Positions 13,350-29,220 of a stretch of DNA of 64,000 nucleotides are shown here, in pieces. Each line of letters opens with the position of its first letter. The first letter of the stretch is position 1. Made by a program: the position numbers and the translations under genes. A model generated the notes under the pieces. The model saw only the letters and a program-made list of their open reading frames with translations, did no database searches and was not told the DNA's origin. Origin of the DNA: Eledone cirrhosa (taxonomy: Eukaryota); assembly GCA_964016885.1 (NCBI GenBank), contig OZ024741.1:123380001-123444000 (forward strand). Direction: 5' to 3'.

Positions 13350-13515
13350 TTTCTACGTTTGGCACATGACCAGCAATTGTCGCAATGCATTACTGGTGCT
13401 TTATTTTATCGACCACATAAGGATGAAAGGCAAATTTAACCTCGGTGGGATTTGATCTCAGACCGTAAATAGCCGTAGCTCTATGCTGAAAAGCATGGCG
13501 TTCGACCCTCTACCG
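13350..13515 (-). mobile_element. Nin-like SINE copy
   Basis: ttttatcgaccacataaggatgaaaggcaaa core on + strand. Confidence 0.75.
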
Positions 13516-13887
13516 AAAACACAAAGGATAGTAAGGAATGGATAAAAGACAAAACGATTGACGTAACGACTACTTTCAAAGAAGAGAACAGTTGCCACTA
13601 ACCCATGATCTACATCTGAGAAGCTATAATAGTGGTGGATGTATCCATATTTTCGTTGTGTTCAGTAAATCACGAAATTTACCAACATTTATGTATAGGA
13701 AATGTTGCCAGAATGAGAGTGAATTTGTAATAAAACATCTAAAAAGTATTTTAATCAAATATGATTGTTCTGTCTATATAATTTATCGGGACTTCTTATT
13801 GATTTATATTCATAGATACATACATACATACACACGCACACACACATACACACACAATCACACATACACACACACCGAGACACACAT

Positions 13888-13943
<56 letters not shown>

Positions 13944-14140
13944 CAGATTAAAGTTTAAGCAAAGAATCGCTGCGTTCACCCTTAACGAGATCTTCTGAAA
14001 CCGATTCTTTGCTTACACTTTAATCTGTTATTTTAATAAATATTTGGTCTCTGGTTTTTATGTATTTGATATATATTTATCCTTATCGAGCCCTGTTTGG
14101 ATTTTAGTCTTCATATTTATTATTATTACTATATATGTAT

Positions 14141-14242
<102 letters not shown>

Positions 14243-14954
14243 CTGATCGCTGAAAACTCTGCTAAGTGTATTGCAATCGCTTGTCAGATTACAGGAAATT
14301 GTGCACTATTAGTCTACGTCCAGTCACACGAACCTGTAACAGATCCTGAACAAGCAATACTTGTGCTTCGAAGACCATTTCCAGTTGGGAGAAGCCTTGC
14401 ACTCGACCAATCCCAATCTCTGAGCATCGAAAACACTGCCCGAAAAAAAGAACTGGTAAACATTATCGGATGTTTCGGATGCCGCAGGGATTCTTTTTTC
14501 GAGTTTCTCTTAGAACGGTTTTGTGACAGCAACCGGTGGACTTTCACTCCCAGGTGAAAAAAAATGTACTATTTTGACGTTGACTCTACTGAGTTACTCT
14601 GCCCTTTGCCGGGTCTTCTATTTCCTCCCACAGGTTGTCCAAATATGACCCTCCTCACCATGTAAGCTTGGAGGGGTTGCCGGTTTATTTACCGAAAACC
14701 CGACCATGAGACAGGTTGTACTGGGTTACCTGTTGCCAGAAGCTCTCAAGAGTGACCTGACATAAAAAAGTTTAATAGAACAGCCTACATATATCTACTG
14801 ACCAGGATTGCACAACAGAGCATGATTTTCACCGTCTCTAGTAGGCCATTGCGACAGATACATGCATACACACATACATACATACATACATACATACATA
14901 CATACATACATACATACATACATACATACATACATACATACATACATACATACA

Positions 14955-17527
14955 TCGCTGTTAGCGAAAATCGCCGATACCTGAAGAAGGTAGATGAGAG
15001 AAAAGTGCTTAATAAAAGATTCAGATGAAACCAAGCATCAGTCTATAGAGATATGAAGGGCAAAATAATAAGTGACCCTGAGGCCCCATCTCAGAAAGAC
15101 ATAGATTCCTTTTGGAGCAAAGTATGCGGTGAAAAGAAGAATTTCAATCAAGATGCAGTTTAGCTATGAGAAATCCGAAAGAATTATTGCTCCTACACTA
15201 TAACAAAAACATACGAAATAAGTGAGGGTACCCTTGAGACTGAGATAGGAAAACTCCAAGATAAGAAAACACCAGGAAGAGACATGATTGTTGGCTACTG
15301 GTACAAAAACTGATATTCTATCGGAGGTATCTTACTGACCTCTACCAACAAGTTCTTAAGGGAGATACACTTATACCAGAATGGTTAACATTAGCACAAA
15401 CATTACTGGTCCCCAAGAACAAAGACACCCACTTGGCAAAAAACTACCGACCCATTACATGGCACAACCTGATGTATAAGATATATACAGCCTGCCTGAA
15501 CCTATTCCTCCAAGATCACTGTGAAAATAATAACATCATCACAGATGAACAAGCACCTGGAAAGAAAGGGGCTTGGTGATGTGCTGAACGACTCCTAATC
15601 AATAAAACTGCGATGTTGGAGGTGCGACAACTTGCTAAAATCCCAGACATTATTGTCAGAGCCATAGAGAGGCTGTCTTCTTCTTGGACTACTATCCTAA
15701 GGTTAAAAACAGAGAGGGATGACTCTATTTTCACTGATAAAATAAAATATTGCAGGGGTATATTTCAGGGGGATAGTCTCTCTGTGATATTGTTCATCTT
15801 GTCATTAAACCCCTTGTCCTTTCTGCTCAAGAAATGTGAGGGATACATCATTGGCTCACAGGACAAAAATACGAACCTAACCCATAATTTCTTTGTGGAG
15901 AATCTGAAACTCTATGCCAAGAACATGGATGCGATGAAGAAAAATCTTGACCTGGTTACAACGTTCTTAAAGGATGTAGGAATGGAGTTCGGCCAAGATA
16001 AATGCTAATACATGACTGTAAAGCGGGGAAAAACAACAACCCAATCTAGCAAATTGTCATCAATGGCCTAACTGTTTCACCGATATCTGATGAGGACTGC
16101 TACAGATACCTGGGGATAGATGAGAACATATCCTATAATGGTATCTGTAATAAAGAACGCGTAACCAGGGAATACTACACCCGATTAAGAATGATATGGT
16201 CATCGGAACTCTCTGCGCAAAACAAAACAGTGGCTTACAATGTGTTTGCTGCGCCTGTCCTAACACCAACGTTGGAATACTCAATTGGACGATAGACGAA
16301 ATCCGAGCAGTTGATGTTGGAACTCGAAAAATACTGAACAACACCGGAAACTTCCACATCAACAGTGACATAGATCGCCTTAACTTGAAACGTAAGCAGG
16401 GAGGCAGAGGCCTAACATCAGTCCAGACAACATTTGAATGTCGCATCATATCTCTGCGACATCTACGAACCTCGAAGCGTAGAAGCCGTTTCTCGAACAA
16501 GTCTATCTCCATGAAACTGATAAGATCATGAGAGTTGTGAAGGAACTCTTCGAGAGATATTCCCTGTGTTATAATCATAAACTCACACCCAGGGATGTCG
16601 CTCAGCAGTATCGCAGTGAATCCATGGATGAAAAACTGCATGCTTATCAGCAAAAAATCTTGCATGGATATGTTGCCAGGAAGTTCCAGAGTGAGAGTAG
16701 TACAGATAAGGAAAGTAGTCTATCTTGGACCAACAACCGCTATATTGGCTCCCACTTTGAAGGATACGCTTTTGCAATCCAGGAACCGGAGATTAACGCG
16801 AAATACCTGATTCACAAAAGAGATAGGGATGCAGGCAAAACACTTGGATGTGATAACAAGTGTAGACTCTACAGAACTAACATACAGGATATCACCCATG
16901 TCATCAGCAGCTGTCCAAAATGTCATCGCGGTACTATTTTCCTATGAGGCATGATGTAGTGGCTAAAACACTGTACAATGCAGTTCGTAAAAAAGACAGC
17001 CCCGATAATAAACACATTAAAAGCTACAGCAATGTGGAAAACATCCATGTACATAATATGAAAGAGTACTGGTGGAATGTTCCAGTAAAAACCCCAATAA
17101 AATGCAGGCATAACAGACCAAATATTATGATATGGGCCAGGAGAAGAAAACATGCACAGTAGTGGAAATTAGCTGCCCAGCAGATGCCAATATAATATTA
17201 AAGATTAGTGAAAAGGAGAATATTTATGCAGAACTGATGAGAAATCTGCAGATACTCCACCCTGATTACACCTTCAGATGTATGCCTGTGATTATTGGGG
17301 CACTGGGATATGTTAGTAAACACATATACAGATGCAAAGCATATACACATGCACACATACAACTCAAAACATACACATCCACAAATACAATAACATCCAT
17401 ATCTACACATGCATGCATACATACATATCTACCTAGTTGATGTTGTGTAAATTCCAATTTGTGTCTGTTAGAAACCGACCCTCTCTCTCTATTGGTAAAA
17501 CTTTGTGAAATTATAAAACCAGAAAAA
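14955..17527 (+). mobile_element. R4/Dong-like non-LTR retrotransposon (RT plus restriction-like endonuclease), 5'-truncated and frameshifted
   Basis: NYRPIT, RGIFQGDSLS..LF, YRYLGI, KQGGRGL, CRL..DITHVISSC zinc finger, RHD, HNRPNI..W and VVEISCP motifs; (CATA)n on both sides. Confidence 0.85.
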
Positions 17528-17547
17528 CATACATACATACATACATA

Positions 17548-18235
17548 CTTGATTCACAAAAGAGATAGGGATGCAGGCAAAACACCTAGATGTGATAATA
17601 AGTGCAGACTCTGCAGTACTAACACCGAGGATATCACCCATGTCATCAGCAACTGTCCAAATATGTCATCGCGGTACTATCTACCTATGAGGCATGATGT
17701 AGTTGCCAAAACACTGTACAATGCAGTTCGTAAAAAAGATAGCCCCGATAATAAACACATTATAAACTACAACACTGTGGAAGACATCCATGTACATACT
17801 ATGAAAAAGTACTGGTGGAATGTTCCAGTAAAAACCCCAATAAAATGCAGGCACTGGGATATATTAGTAACTGCCTCAATACAAATCTTGGGATGGGAAG
17901 CAAGGCTTCACAGGAACAGAAAGAACACAACTAGTTAGGAAACTCCAAGTACAATCCATTAATGGAACAGTAAAAATATGTAAAACATTACAAAAATGTT
18001 GCATCTAATAACTGCATATACACATGTACAGATACAAAGCATATACACATGCACACATACAACTAAAAACATACACATCCACACATACAATAACATCCAT
18101 ATCTACACATGCATGCATACATACATATCTACCTAGTTGATGTTGTGTAAATTCCAATGAGAGCGTCTTGTGTCTATGTTAGAAACCGACTCTCTCTCTA
18201 TTGGTAAAATTTGTGAAATTATAAAACCAGAAGAA
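17548..18235 (+). mobile_element. Second 3' fragment of the same R4-like family
   Basis: Near-duplicate of 16803-17527 (CRLCSTNTEDITHVISNC, MRHD) with the same 3' end gaaattataaaaccaga-catac. Confidence 0.85.
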
Positions 18236-19359
18236 CATACATGGATACATACATACATGCATACATAGCTAGAACCATCTGGAGCGCACTTAGGAAAACA
18301 AAATTAAAACAAATGAGGAGGAATATGTTGAGATAGATGGCACTGAAGAATACTGGTTGAACATGAAAATATAAACTGCCACAAAATTAAAGCGCAACCG
18401 GCCTAATATTGACGTTTGGGACCACGCATTGAAAACGTCCATTGATGAGGAGTTTGTAGATGCAGTATCAAAGATACACTTTCAGCTTCATACCCATCAT
18501 TATTGGAGCAACAGGTTATATACCAACCCGCTTGGACCAAAGTATAACATAGACTACAAATGGCTATTTTGCAATACATTCTTGCGATTCAAGGGATGAC
18601 AATATTATTTCTTTTACAACCTTGCCACCAGGAAGGTGGCCGGTCAAAAATGTACTCGAAATTAAGAGAAAGGGGGACATACATACATACATATGTACAT
18701 GGTGGCTGCCAACTCGTTTTCGAGTACGGCCACTAATTTATATCCATGTAGGAGAACCCCTACTGATGCGCTGAACGAGTGTGACTTTTTAGTCCAGCCA
18801 GCGACTTGAAAACTCTGGTACAAACACTACACTTGTGACAATCATTGACACATAGTGCTGGGCCCATGGTACCATGTGAGGACAAATGCAAAGAGATCTC
18901 CAAATATAAAGCAATGCCTGTCCCGTGAAGCTTTTATAGTGAGCAAAGGCACTGCACAAAGCCATTCCCACTCTCTTAACCAAGATGATATTTACGAAAA
19001 AGAATAACAAGTCAACATCATTGGATACCATCAGGGTTGCAGGTATTATATCAGAGTTTTGCTTCTCCTAGAATTCTGCCTTGACAAAGGCTAGGGGGTC
19101 ATCTTTCCCGGTGATTTTGGATGACTCATACATACATACATACATACATACGTAAATATGTACATACATACATACATATATATATAGAGATATGTACATA
19201 CATACATACATACATACATACATACATACATACATACATACATACATACATACACATTCCATACTGTCTGCTGAATAATCTTGATGAAAGCTGTCACTAT
19301 AAGATCAAATGTTTCTCTATTTACCAACATCTTTCTTTGGAAAACTTTTATTTCAGTTA

Positions 19360-19412
<53 letters not shown>

Positions 19413-21589
19413 ATCTCATCTGACTGATAAAATAATCTTGTCGTCTGCATGCATTGATCCATCTACCAGTTTATCTATTAGTACTATTTCTACTAATAAT
19501 GCAAAATAGTAAACTATATCTTCAGTTGTCAAGCCATCTCTTTCCTTTTGTAGCGCCGTCAATCAACCGTGTTTATATTTCTATTATACCGAACATTCTA
19601 TTTTGTTAGTATTGCCTGTTTGCTTTTTTCCTCGTTTTTCTTTTCTTTGGAAGTAATCGTTTGTTTTTACGTATTTACTTTTTTCTAACTTAGCAAAATA
19701 TATATTATAATTCTACTTTTGTTATTTTCAGTGATGTTCCTTGCGTATAAAAAAAGCTGCATTATTCTATGACTCATTTCTTATTCTTCTATATCATGTA
19801 TTCATTTTCTTTTAGATACGTTTTCACTCTTTAATACAGAGGAATTAGCTTACTTTCGGTATAATACTGGTGTCGGGTATTAGACTGCATCAATACTGTG
19901 GCACGTCTTTGCTTTGATGGGCGTTAGTCGATCAAATCGTCATTGATACTAATTTCAGTCACATACCTATTTCATGTAGGTCTCTAGAATGTTATGTATT
20001 GAAGACAAGGTGAAATTATTTAAAGCGGCATAAAAAAAATTCAAAACCGGTTTTAACGAGGGTAAACATGAACACGAATGCAAATACACAAACACACACA
20101 TATATATATAGAGAGAGATTATAGTTTTCCCTGGTAAGAATTGACAATCTGATGCTCTTTTTTCGTATATGTCAAACGCGATCTTCGTCAACTTTGTGAA
20201 ATCAATACATTTCATTCTATTTGGTATCACTGATACTTTTTGTTGATATAGCATGGACGAAAATTTTGGAAAATCATACCACAATTATAAGGCCTCTCTG
20301 TGTTCTATCATGGCAAACTCTCATTTAATATCGCCTCAATTGAACAAAGCTGCTGAGTGGCATTGTGTAAACGGTAACTGGCTGAAAGCCCTTCGTGTGA
20401 ATTGCATCGGCCAACCAATGGGCCAATCTTGTCTCACATTATTGCGCACTGAAACCCGACTGAGGACTCCGTTATGGGTATCCATTTGCATATGAATTTC
20501 ACGAGCTTTCTTTTCCTTTCATCGCACAATTGGAATACGCCTATTGTGAAAGCCGATAGAAATTGAATCCTTTGCATTAACGGATTTAATTAATGCATTG
20601 ATTTATTTATCGAATGTGTTTATCCATTTCTGATTTTTATTAATTTCAATTTTCCCCTTTTTTCCTGTGCCAATGGATCTACTAATTCTACTTTACCAAT
20701 TTCCTCTGACAGTAGAAGTATAACTTATCCGGAACAGTACACTATTCTTCCTTTATTATGTCAAAAAGGTTCGTGACATCAAATAACGAAATATATGGTA
20801 AAAGTGTAAACTCGTGATCTGGATTGTTTTTTCATACTTACTTTACTCTAGTTTTTATTCTTGTATTTCTAATTTGCATCATAAATAGTTTCACAAAATT
20901 AGTATAATCACATGATTTACATAAACTATACTATTTTCCCTGAATAATTTCGTTTGACTAAAATAAAAATCATTTCTCAATTAACCGTTATTATGCAGCA
21001 ACAATAGAGCTACCTCATAGAAGGGTGTGGCACGGTATTGATAGAATCATAGCTGTTATACGTTCTGAGATCATTCAATATGGATACTAACATCGTCACT
21101 AGAAGCTTTCCTGGAATGGATACATCTTTTGTGTTTTATTAACTCCTGATATCGACATTTGCATCAGAAAATATTAGGAAGCTACCTCATTCTGAATGAG
21201 AATAGTATCCACTTGAAATGTTTAATATTTAATATCATTTCATATATCCTTTGATGAGTTCCTTTCATGTCACCTTCGCTCCTTGCTCGCCCTTTCCTTC
21301 TTTTTCTATTATGGAGTTGCAATATATACCATAATACACTATTAACTTCTGTGAATACAATATGGTGGTGAATGGAATGGAAGTGCGGTGATATGGAAGC
21401 TCACTTCTTGTTTCTCTCGCATAGCCGATTCCACGAAGGAACGAGTGAGTGAGAGACGGAGAAAGAGATTATTCATATATATCATATATATATGTATATA
21501 TATGGAGAGAGAAGAGAGTGAGAAAATAATATATATATATATATATATATATATTTGGGGTCCGTGTGTATGTGTGCAGTAGAGGAGGG

Positions 21590-21697
21590 GGAGGAGGAGG
21601 AGAAGAAGAAGAAGAAGAAGAAGAAGAAGAAGAAGAAGAAGAAGAAGAAGAAGAAGAAGAAGAAGAAGAAGAAGAAGAAGAAGAAGAAGAAGAAGAA
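21590..21697 (+). repeat. (GGA)n(GAA)n microsatellite
   Basis: Direct reading. Confidence 0.95.
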
Positions 21698-22324
21698 GCC
21701 AGTACTTGACTGTTACTACATTTACTGAAACCGAAGCGAAAATATGCAATATTTGCCTAGGCGGGTTCGGTAGTCAGAGCGCAGACAGCCGGAATGAAAT
21801 CAGCAAAGCATTCTATACGACGCACTGGTGATTCTGCAAATTTGTCGCCTTTTCCAATATGTTTAGGCTTTCATACACTAACCATGCTTTATTACTCCTC
21901 ATCACCTATATTTTAACTAACCCAAAGTAAAAGAACTCGCAGAAATATATGTAAATATGTGTGCGATTTATGTTACTTTCAGACACATCCTGCAATGCCA
22001 AGAATTTTTCGGGAAAAGATAAACAAAACAATTAATATATAGTCCTATCATTTCTCAACCATGTGGTTATGTATTAGGGGAAGACGAATAATAATTTGGG
22101 TTAGTGTCTTTCACTATAGCCTCAGGTTGACCAAAGCTTTGTGAGTGGGATTCGGTAAGTGGAGTTCGCAGAAATCCGTCGTATATGTACGAGGTGTGTC
22201 AGAAACTGTCGTATATGTACGACGTATGTTAGAAGAGAAACAGGACTGTGGTCGCTAGAAAGAAAATGTTTCAAATTCGAACTACACATACGAGTTTTCC
22301 CCTTTATGACCCTCCCGAGCTTGT

Positions 22325-22480
22325 GGAAAATGAAGAAGTCAGGTTCCGTTTTAAGACGCTTGAGCATATCCTGAGACACGTGCCGGTCCGTCAGGTCATC
22401 TAGGAGCTTCGGCACTATCTTCGCACATATCTTACACATGTCCAAATCTTAGTTGATAATCTTCCAAACGCTGTACCTTA
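22325..22480 (-). pseudogene. Mariner-type transposase relic
   Basis: MCKICAKIVPKLL...VSQDMLKRLKTEPDF resembles the mariner linker (KvcAkWVPk.L) region. Confidence 0.6.
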
Positions 22481-23596
22481 ACGTAATTGTTTAAAAGATT
22501 CAAAGTGATTCAGCATGGGAAAATGCTTGCCCTTCGAACTACAAATTCAATGTAAAAGATGGCGGCCAACCGTTTCCATCTATTACAATTTGCGTTCAGC
22601 CGAAGCTAAGGTAAATTACACCAGTTCAAGATGACACCCGACCATTTGCTCATGCTGCTTTTACAGAGAGGGAAGAGTGTACGTTAGAACGTCCTTTTAT
22701 TTTATTTTAAATCACAATCTCATATTTCAAAGAATTCAGGTAGATATCTTTAGATTAATTAAAAACATGATTGCTCTTTTCATCTCTACTATTTGATATA
22801 TTTTGCGATATTTTATTGCACTTTCGACTCTGTATACAAACTCATATCATAGACATGTATTTACATTATATTTCCAGAGCATCTATGTTGCTGTTGGTCG
22901 TCAGGCGCTTCCGGCGCCGAGTGTTCCAATGGTTGTTTTCAACGGAACAATTTGTTCATGAAATTAACCTGCAATTTTCAGATAGTTCTTCAAATAGGTG
23001 TACACTTAACGCCCATCTTATAGTGTGAAAATGTTGGTTCTTTGAATTAGAAGTAAAGCTCATTATTGCCAGCAAAGTGAAATTAAATGTCTTGCTTAAG
23101 GACAAACACGCTAATGGGAATAGACATCGTGACTCGACGATTGACAGTCGAACAACCTAAGGATTAATTCGAGAGCCTTCACTGTGTCCCCGCAATATAT
23201 ATGTTTGGTTCAACGTTGTTGACGTATTATTAGAGCTTCTATTTTTTTATCGATTCGAGAGACAGGTGTTTGAAACAGTAAAATGTTGTTTTTGATTTCT
23301 TACAGACACCAACTTACTTCTGATGGAATATTTTCTTATATACCGTTCGATTAAATTCGCTCTCTGTTGTACGTTATTTTTTATATGACGTTCTTGAAAC
23401 GTCTTTTTCTCTTCCGGATTCTTTTGGGCTTTATGTTGTTGTTTATTATCCATATCTAGATGTTTTTTATTATCCATATTATTCTTAAGTATTCTCTGAA
23501 TATCAACAAAATCTTCAAGATTATACAATATATTTTTATCATTATAGATTATATATATATATATATGCATAAACATACATATATATATATATATAT

Positions 23597-23627
<31 letters not shown>

Positions 23628-23629
23628 TT

Positions 23630-23692
<63 letters not shown>

Positions 23693-24946
23693 CAGACATT
23701 ATATATGCACGTCTTTAATATTTTTATTTCAGCCGATTCTCTTCCCTAGCAGTTCTCGCTAGGTCATGCTCTATTGTAGTTTTATCCATCCCACGCAAAT
23801 ATCACGCCCCGTTCTGTTTTATATTTACTCCTTCTTTACTGTTTCTAATTTTCTATATCTTTCTATAATAATGAGTTTTTTTTCTCACCTTTTACACGAA
23901 TATTTCGCAATCATTAAATCCCAAGCTCGAAATCTCTACGTGCGGTATAGCGTCGTGCAACATGATTTGCAACGTGGAGTTACGGCCCTTTACCATCTGA
24001 GTTCAAATCCTTACTGCTTCGATAAAATAAAGCACTGGGATAATTGCTGGCCTTGTGCCAACAATAGAAACAAGTATTAAATATAGCTTCAGGTGTAGCC
24101 AGGCGTTGTGGATGATATTTGGTAGACGGTTTCTATAAGCCCAATCTCATCAATTCGAACTGTAATTCAAAGTCGCAACCTTGTCACACATTTGTCACGT
24201 TCAATCATCGAGTGAATTACATTAAAAGTATGTGACATTGGAAGGTCGAGCTATTTACATCTTAATTTTATGATCAGTCTGTTCTGTTGATTGGAAAACT
24301 AGAAAATACATCATCGCAACCAACGGTTGTCCAATCTGTCTTTTGCCTAAGGAATACGGCCGGTCACATCTGTTTTTCCTTTCACAATCAGGGTTTTCTG
24401 TTGTGCAATGTATCACATATTATTTTTAAATGATCGATTGCGAAATGTTCATAATTATTCACATTTTCAGAAAACAATCACTGAAGGATGTTATGCATTC
24501 TATGATACTGATATCCTGCTGGAATTAGCTGTCAAATTCTACCTTAAATCAAACTCTAGGAAACTATACATTGGAGGATGTTATTCTGGATGGAAAATAC
24601 ATTAACATGTTTCACGGTCAGGTCGATCTGTCGGGTATAATGCAGGCTAAGAACAAAGATATGATAAATCGTCTAAACTGAATTTAAAACAGCACATTAG
24701 ACTCCTTATCACTGTTGTCACATACGACAGTGAACAACATGAAAAACGACAAGCCTTTTTATGGATATGTTGTCTTACTATAGCAGGAGTAGCACTGATT
24801 GTTAAAAAATAATGGCATAGAAGAGACTCAGAAAAAAATATTACGATGATATAAGTCATCTTGACGCACTGAAACTAATTGAGACTTCTTTTCATGACTA
24901 ATTTCTAAACCAACTGTAGAAAATATCATTATTATATCTATCATAA

Positions 24947-25082
24947 GAGTTACGGCCCTTACCATTCTGAGTTCAAATCCCGCCGAGGTTAACTTTGCCT
25001 TTCATCCTTACGGGGTCGATAAAATAAAGTACCAGTAATACACTGGGATAATTGCTGGCTTTGTGCCAGAAGTAGAAACAAT
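24947..25082 (+). mobile_element. Nin-like SINE copy (related degenerate copy at about 23978-24070)
   Basis: GAGTTCAAATCCCGCCGAGGTTAACTTTGCCTTTCATCCTTACGGGGTCGAT. Confidence 0.8.
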
Positions 25083-26489
25083 TATTATATCTATCATCAC
25101 TCGGTGGAATTTCGAATAAGTTAAACAAGGGTATTGCAAACAAGATGCAATAAAGCGCCAAATCATTTGGAATGACAAGCTCGTAAACAATCGCCTGTAT
25201 TTAAAATATTATGTTTGCGAAGATGAATCTATCGGAAACCGCCAATATTAAGATAGCTAGCGCATCGGGTAACGGTACCTGGGTCCGACGTTGAATTCGC
25301 CATGATTCTGCGTGTGCGCGTATCACTTTAGTATGCATCCCAGAGGAGAGCCTTATCACCTCCCAACAGGAACATTGTGAATCCATCCGGCTGTTTGACC
25401 TCTTATTGAGCTGATATCTCTCCCGTCTCATCCAGCTACTATGAGAATTTAAGATTTGTTGCGCTTTGACTGAGTCATTATAATATGTCTGCAGGGAACT
25501 AAATCTTTCAGTAAAAAAAAATACATACTCTAGAAATCCAGTTAACTACTATTATCAATATCCATGATTCTAATTCCATTAAAATACAAGAGAAATAATA
25601 GTTAATAACTGATGCATAGATAAATATTAACCTGGGTTTGGGATAGGCAAAATATTTAGTCATTTCTTGAAAAGTTCTACGAAATATTTGACATTGGGTC
25701 GTGAACTCATATTAAATGAATCGGCTACAGTACTTTCCAACGTAAATATTTAATTGATATACTTTTTAATTAAATTGCATGTCAGGAAATCCACTTTGAA
25801 CTCCAGCAAGACTGATTATTAATTCACGTTCACAAATTTGCCTAAATAATACAAGACTTTATTTAATTTATTTACTAATTTGGTAAATATCGAGAAACCT
25901 TTCAAGCAATTTTTTATCTCTTTATTTCGGCCAAAACATTAAAAGCTGCTAACAACACACACAACAAATCATAACACGCATGAAAACTCATGGATTAATT
26001 TTCAGAAATGAATATGAATGTCAAGCTGTTTATTCATAAAGTGAAGTTTTGGATATTCAGCCAAAACTAACTCTAAAAATAACAACAACGATCGTTGCAA
26101 ATGAGGTTTCTGCTACCCATAGAATCTTTTCTTAAACGTTTGGAATGATGCCAGTAGATATCCTAAGTCCCAGTGATGTATTGATAAAATAATTGAATGA
26201 GAGATAAGCAAATAGGAATTAACCTTTAAGTGAGAGTGATAAATTCGTCAAATTGAAAAATGTAGGATGCAGCAATAATCTATTTTTATGCATTGGCTGA
26301 ATCGTTAGAGCGTCGGACAACTTGTTTGCGGTATATGTTCCGACACTTTACATTTTGAGTTTATATCCTTCTAATGTTATCTTTTATTTTCATTCTTTCT
26401 GGCTCAAAGAAATAAAGGTATGGGGATCGATTTAATCAACTTACCCTCCCTCCAAATTACTGGTCTTGTGTTTACTTTTAAAACGGCTG

Positions 26490-26960
26490 TGTCGGGACTC
26501 CTTCTGACTCATTATGTCGTTGAGCGTGGCATATCAGTTGGAAACATCCTAGCGGCATGATAATGGGTGCATGCTGAACTCATCGATGACAGTTCCACAA
26601 CGGCAGTTACGTGGCGCACACACGTGGAGGCCGATGCGTTGGGCTACTTCGGATTGAACCATGCACCGCTGTTTGGCTGTGAGGCGGAAGAAGGTGAGGT
26701 GATGTTAGTCCAAGTCACACTCGATTCACATGAGGGTAGACCTACACTTAATTTCGTCCCAGTTACATTGCATACTGGGGAATATCGAGGCCTTCGCTAA
26801 TCCTGTCAGGCTGATACTGCTCCATTTCTTAGGGGCACATCAGATTCTGCCGTCTTGCTGAGGACCTTGCTGATGAGGCTGCGACTGGAGAAAATTGAGA
26901 AAAGGTAGGCCTGCAATCCCAGATGTGATGTCTGTCAAGGCCGAGTCCACTAACCCTCAC
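26490..26960 (-). mobile_element. CRE-clade-like non-LTR retrotransposon 3' relic
   Basis: Manual translation gives ASQPNSGAW and, downstream, VAQRIGLHVCAPRNCRCGTVIDEFSMHPLSCR*...ATLNDIM (CxC..H..SC knuckle typical of CRE-type elements). Confidence 0.6.
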
Positions 26961-27783
26961 ACGAACTTCAGCTGTTCCCAGCCAGTGCAAACGAAACTGA
27001 CATTGCTGATAAGTACCACACAGCGCCCCATGATGGCATCAAGTTCTTTTTTCCCTTTGTATTTTACTCCTTGCTCGTTCCTTCCTTTTCCTTTTCTTAA
27101 TGGCATGTATAGTATTTTCAACGCTGTCTCCATTTCTGTATGGTTAACCAAATAGAAATATTTATATAAAAATAATAGAAACCATTTTGCATTAACGTTT
27201 ATTAAGGCAGCAAATTGGCTGTGTTGTCGAAAGATCAGGTAAACATGTCATTGTTCTCTCTTACCGGAGTTTGACTTAAATTCCGCCGAGTGAAACATTG
27301 CTTCCAACGTTTCGAGGTCGATAGATATAGTATAATTTCATTAGTGATACCAATCTTTATATCAATTTCTCACAAACTTCTCGCTCTTTTATTTGTAACG
27401 ACAGCACACCTTCAACACCATCTGGTGTTACATGCTCATGATATGGCATATTTCTGTCTAATTTGTTGTTAATTTAAATATATCATTTATCATTTCTGAA
27501 AATTTGATAAACATTTATCTGTGTACACACTGTCGTCATTATATAAAACTAGGCTAAATTGTTATAATTCAGAATACACGATAACACGATTCTGTTGTTC
27601 AATACACACATTAGAATGTAAAGAGCAAAGAGTCGTAAATGAAGTAGTCCACCCATAGCATTTCCAGTTCTCTGCCGTCTACCTTATTGGTAGGCACAAA
27701 CGTGTAATGTATTATCACGATGAATGGCACAACGCCACGAACATATAGATATATATATGCGTGTTAAAGGCCGAAACGCTTGC

Positions 27784-28731
27784 AGAAATTAACACATGAT
27801 ACAGTGGTCACAGAGGGCTAGTGAGGTGGACAGTGAGTGAATAACGTATTTGCTAGAATATCAGTCACCCAAACCCCCTTATGATCGAGTTAACCCAGGG
27901 GTGTACTAATTCTTTTTCTAGCCAATATGTTATTCTCTCGCTGTCAACATTACTACCCTTCTGTGACCTCTGTATCATGTGTTAATTTCTCCCTCCGGCT
28001 CTAGAGATTTTCTAACTTTCTATGAACGCTTCAAGAAACAGACCTTTTTTCTGAGGGATCTCTTGATAATCATTATCAACCACACAGCTATGATGCATTT
28101 TTATAGTGCAGAAATATTGCACATGGATCGGAGACCTTGTACTAGGGACTTTGAAGGAAAAATAGGTATATTTTTGTCTATTATTTCCTCATAATTTGTA
28201 ATTTGATGATAGCTCTCATTATTGAGTTATTTCAATTATTTCAATTATTTCAGCTCTTTCGGTCATCGAGCAAAAATATACATATGAATATGTGTGTGTA
28301 TTTCATTGTTATATCGTCCCAAACTCGCCTATTGTCGAGTTAACTCAGATGTGTACTGACTGCTTTTATTAGCAATTACGTTATTCGCTCACCGTCCTCT
28401 TTATTACCCTTTTGCGACCACTGTATCAGGTGTTAATTCCTCCCTCCGCTTCTCGAGATATTCTCATTGCTACGAAAGAAACAGTGCTTTTTTATCACTG
28501 TATCACGTGTTAATACCAACGCTTCGTCTGTAGAGATTTGTTCACTTGCTACGAACGCGTCAAGAAACAGCCCTTTTTTCTGAGGTCTCTCTTCATAAGC
28601 CGTATCAACATCACAGAGATGATGCATTTTTATAGTGCAGAACGTTGCACACATTCAGTGAAACTGCAGTCTGTACTTTGAAGAAAAAGTATGTATATTT
28701 GTGTCTATTATTTCCACATATTTTGTAATTT

Positions 28732-28733
<2 letters not shown>
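27784..28733. repeat. Diverged ~450-bp tandem duplication with a short inverted 5' arm
   Basis: cccaaac...cgagttaac at 27868 and 28318; 27784-27866 is the reverse complement of the unit's interior. Confidence 0.7.

Positions 28734-29220
<487 letters not shown>

Noticed and set aside
14783-14847. Minus-strand GGCCUAC...GUAGGCU resembling HDV-ribozyme P1
   Set aside because: No P3/L3, P1.1 or P2 could be placed
19465-19530. Minus-strand CUGAAGA...GAAA-UAGUACUA
   Set aside because: No stem I and no UH cleavage site
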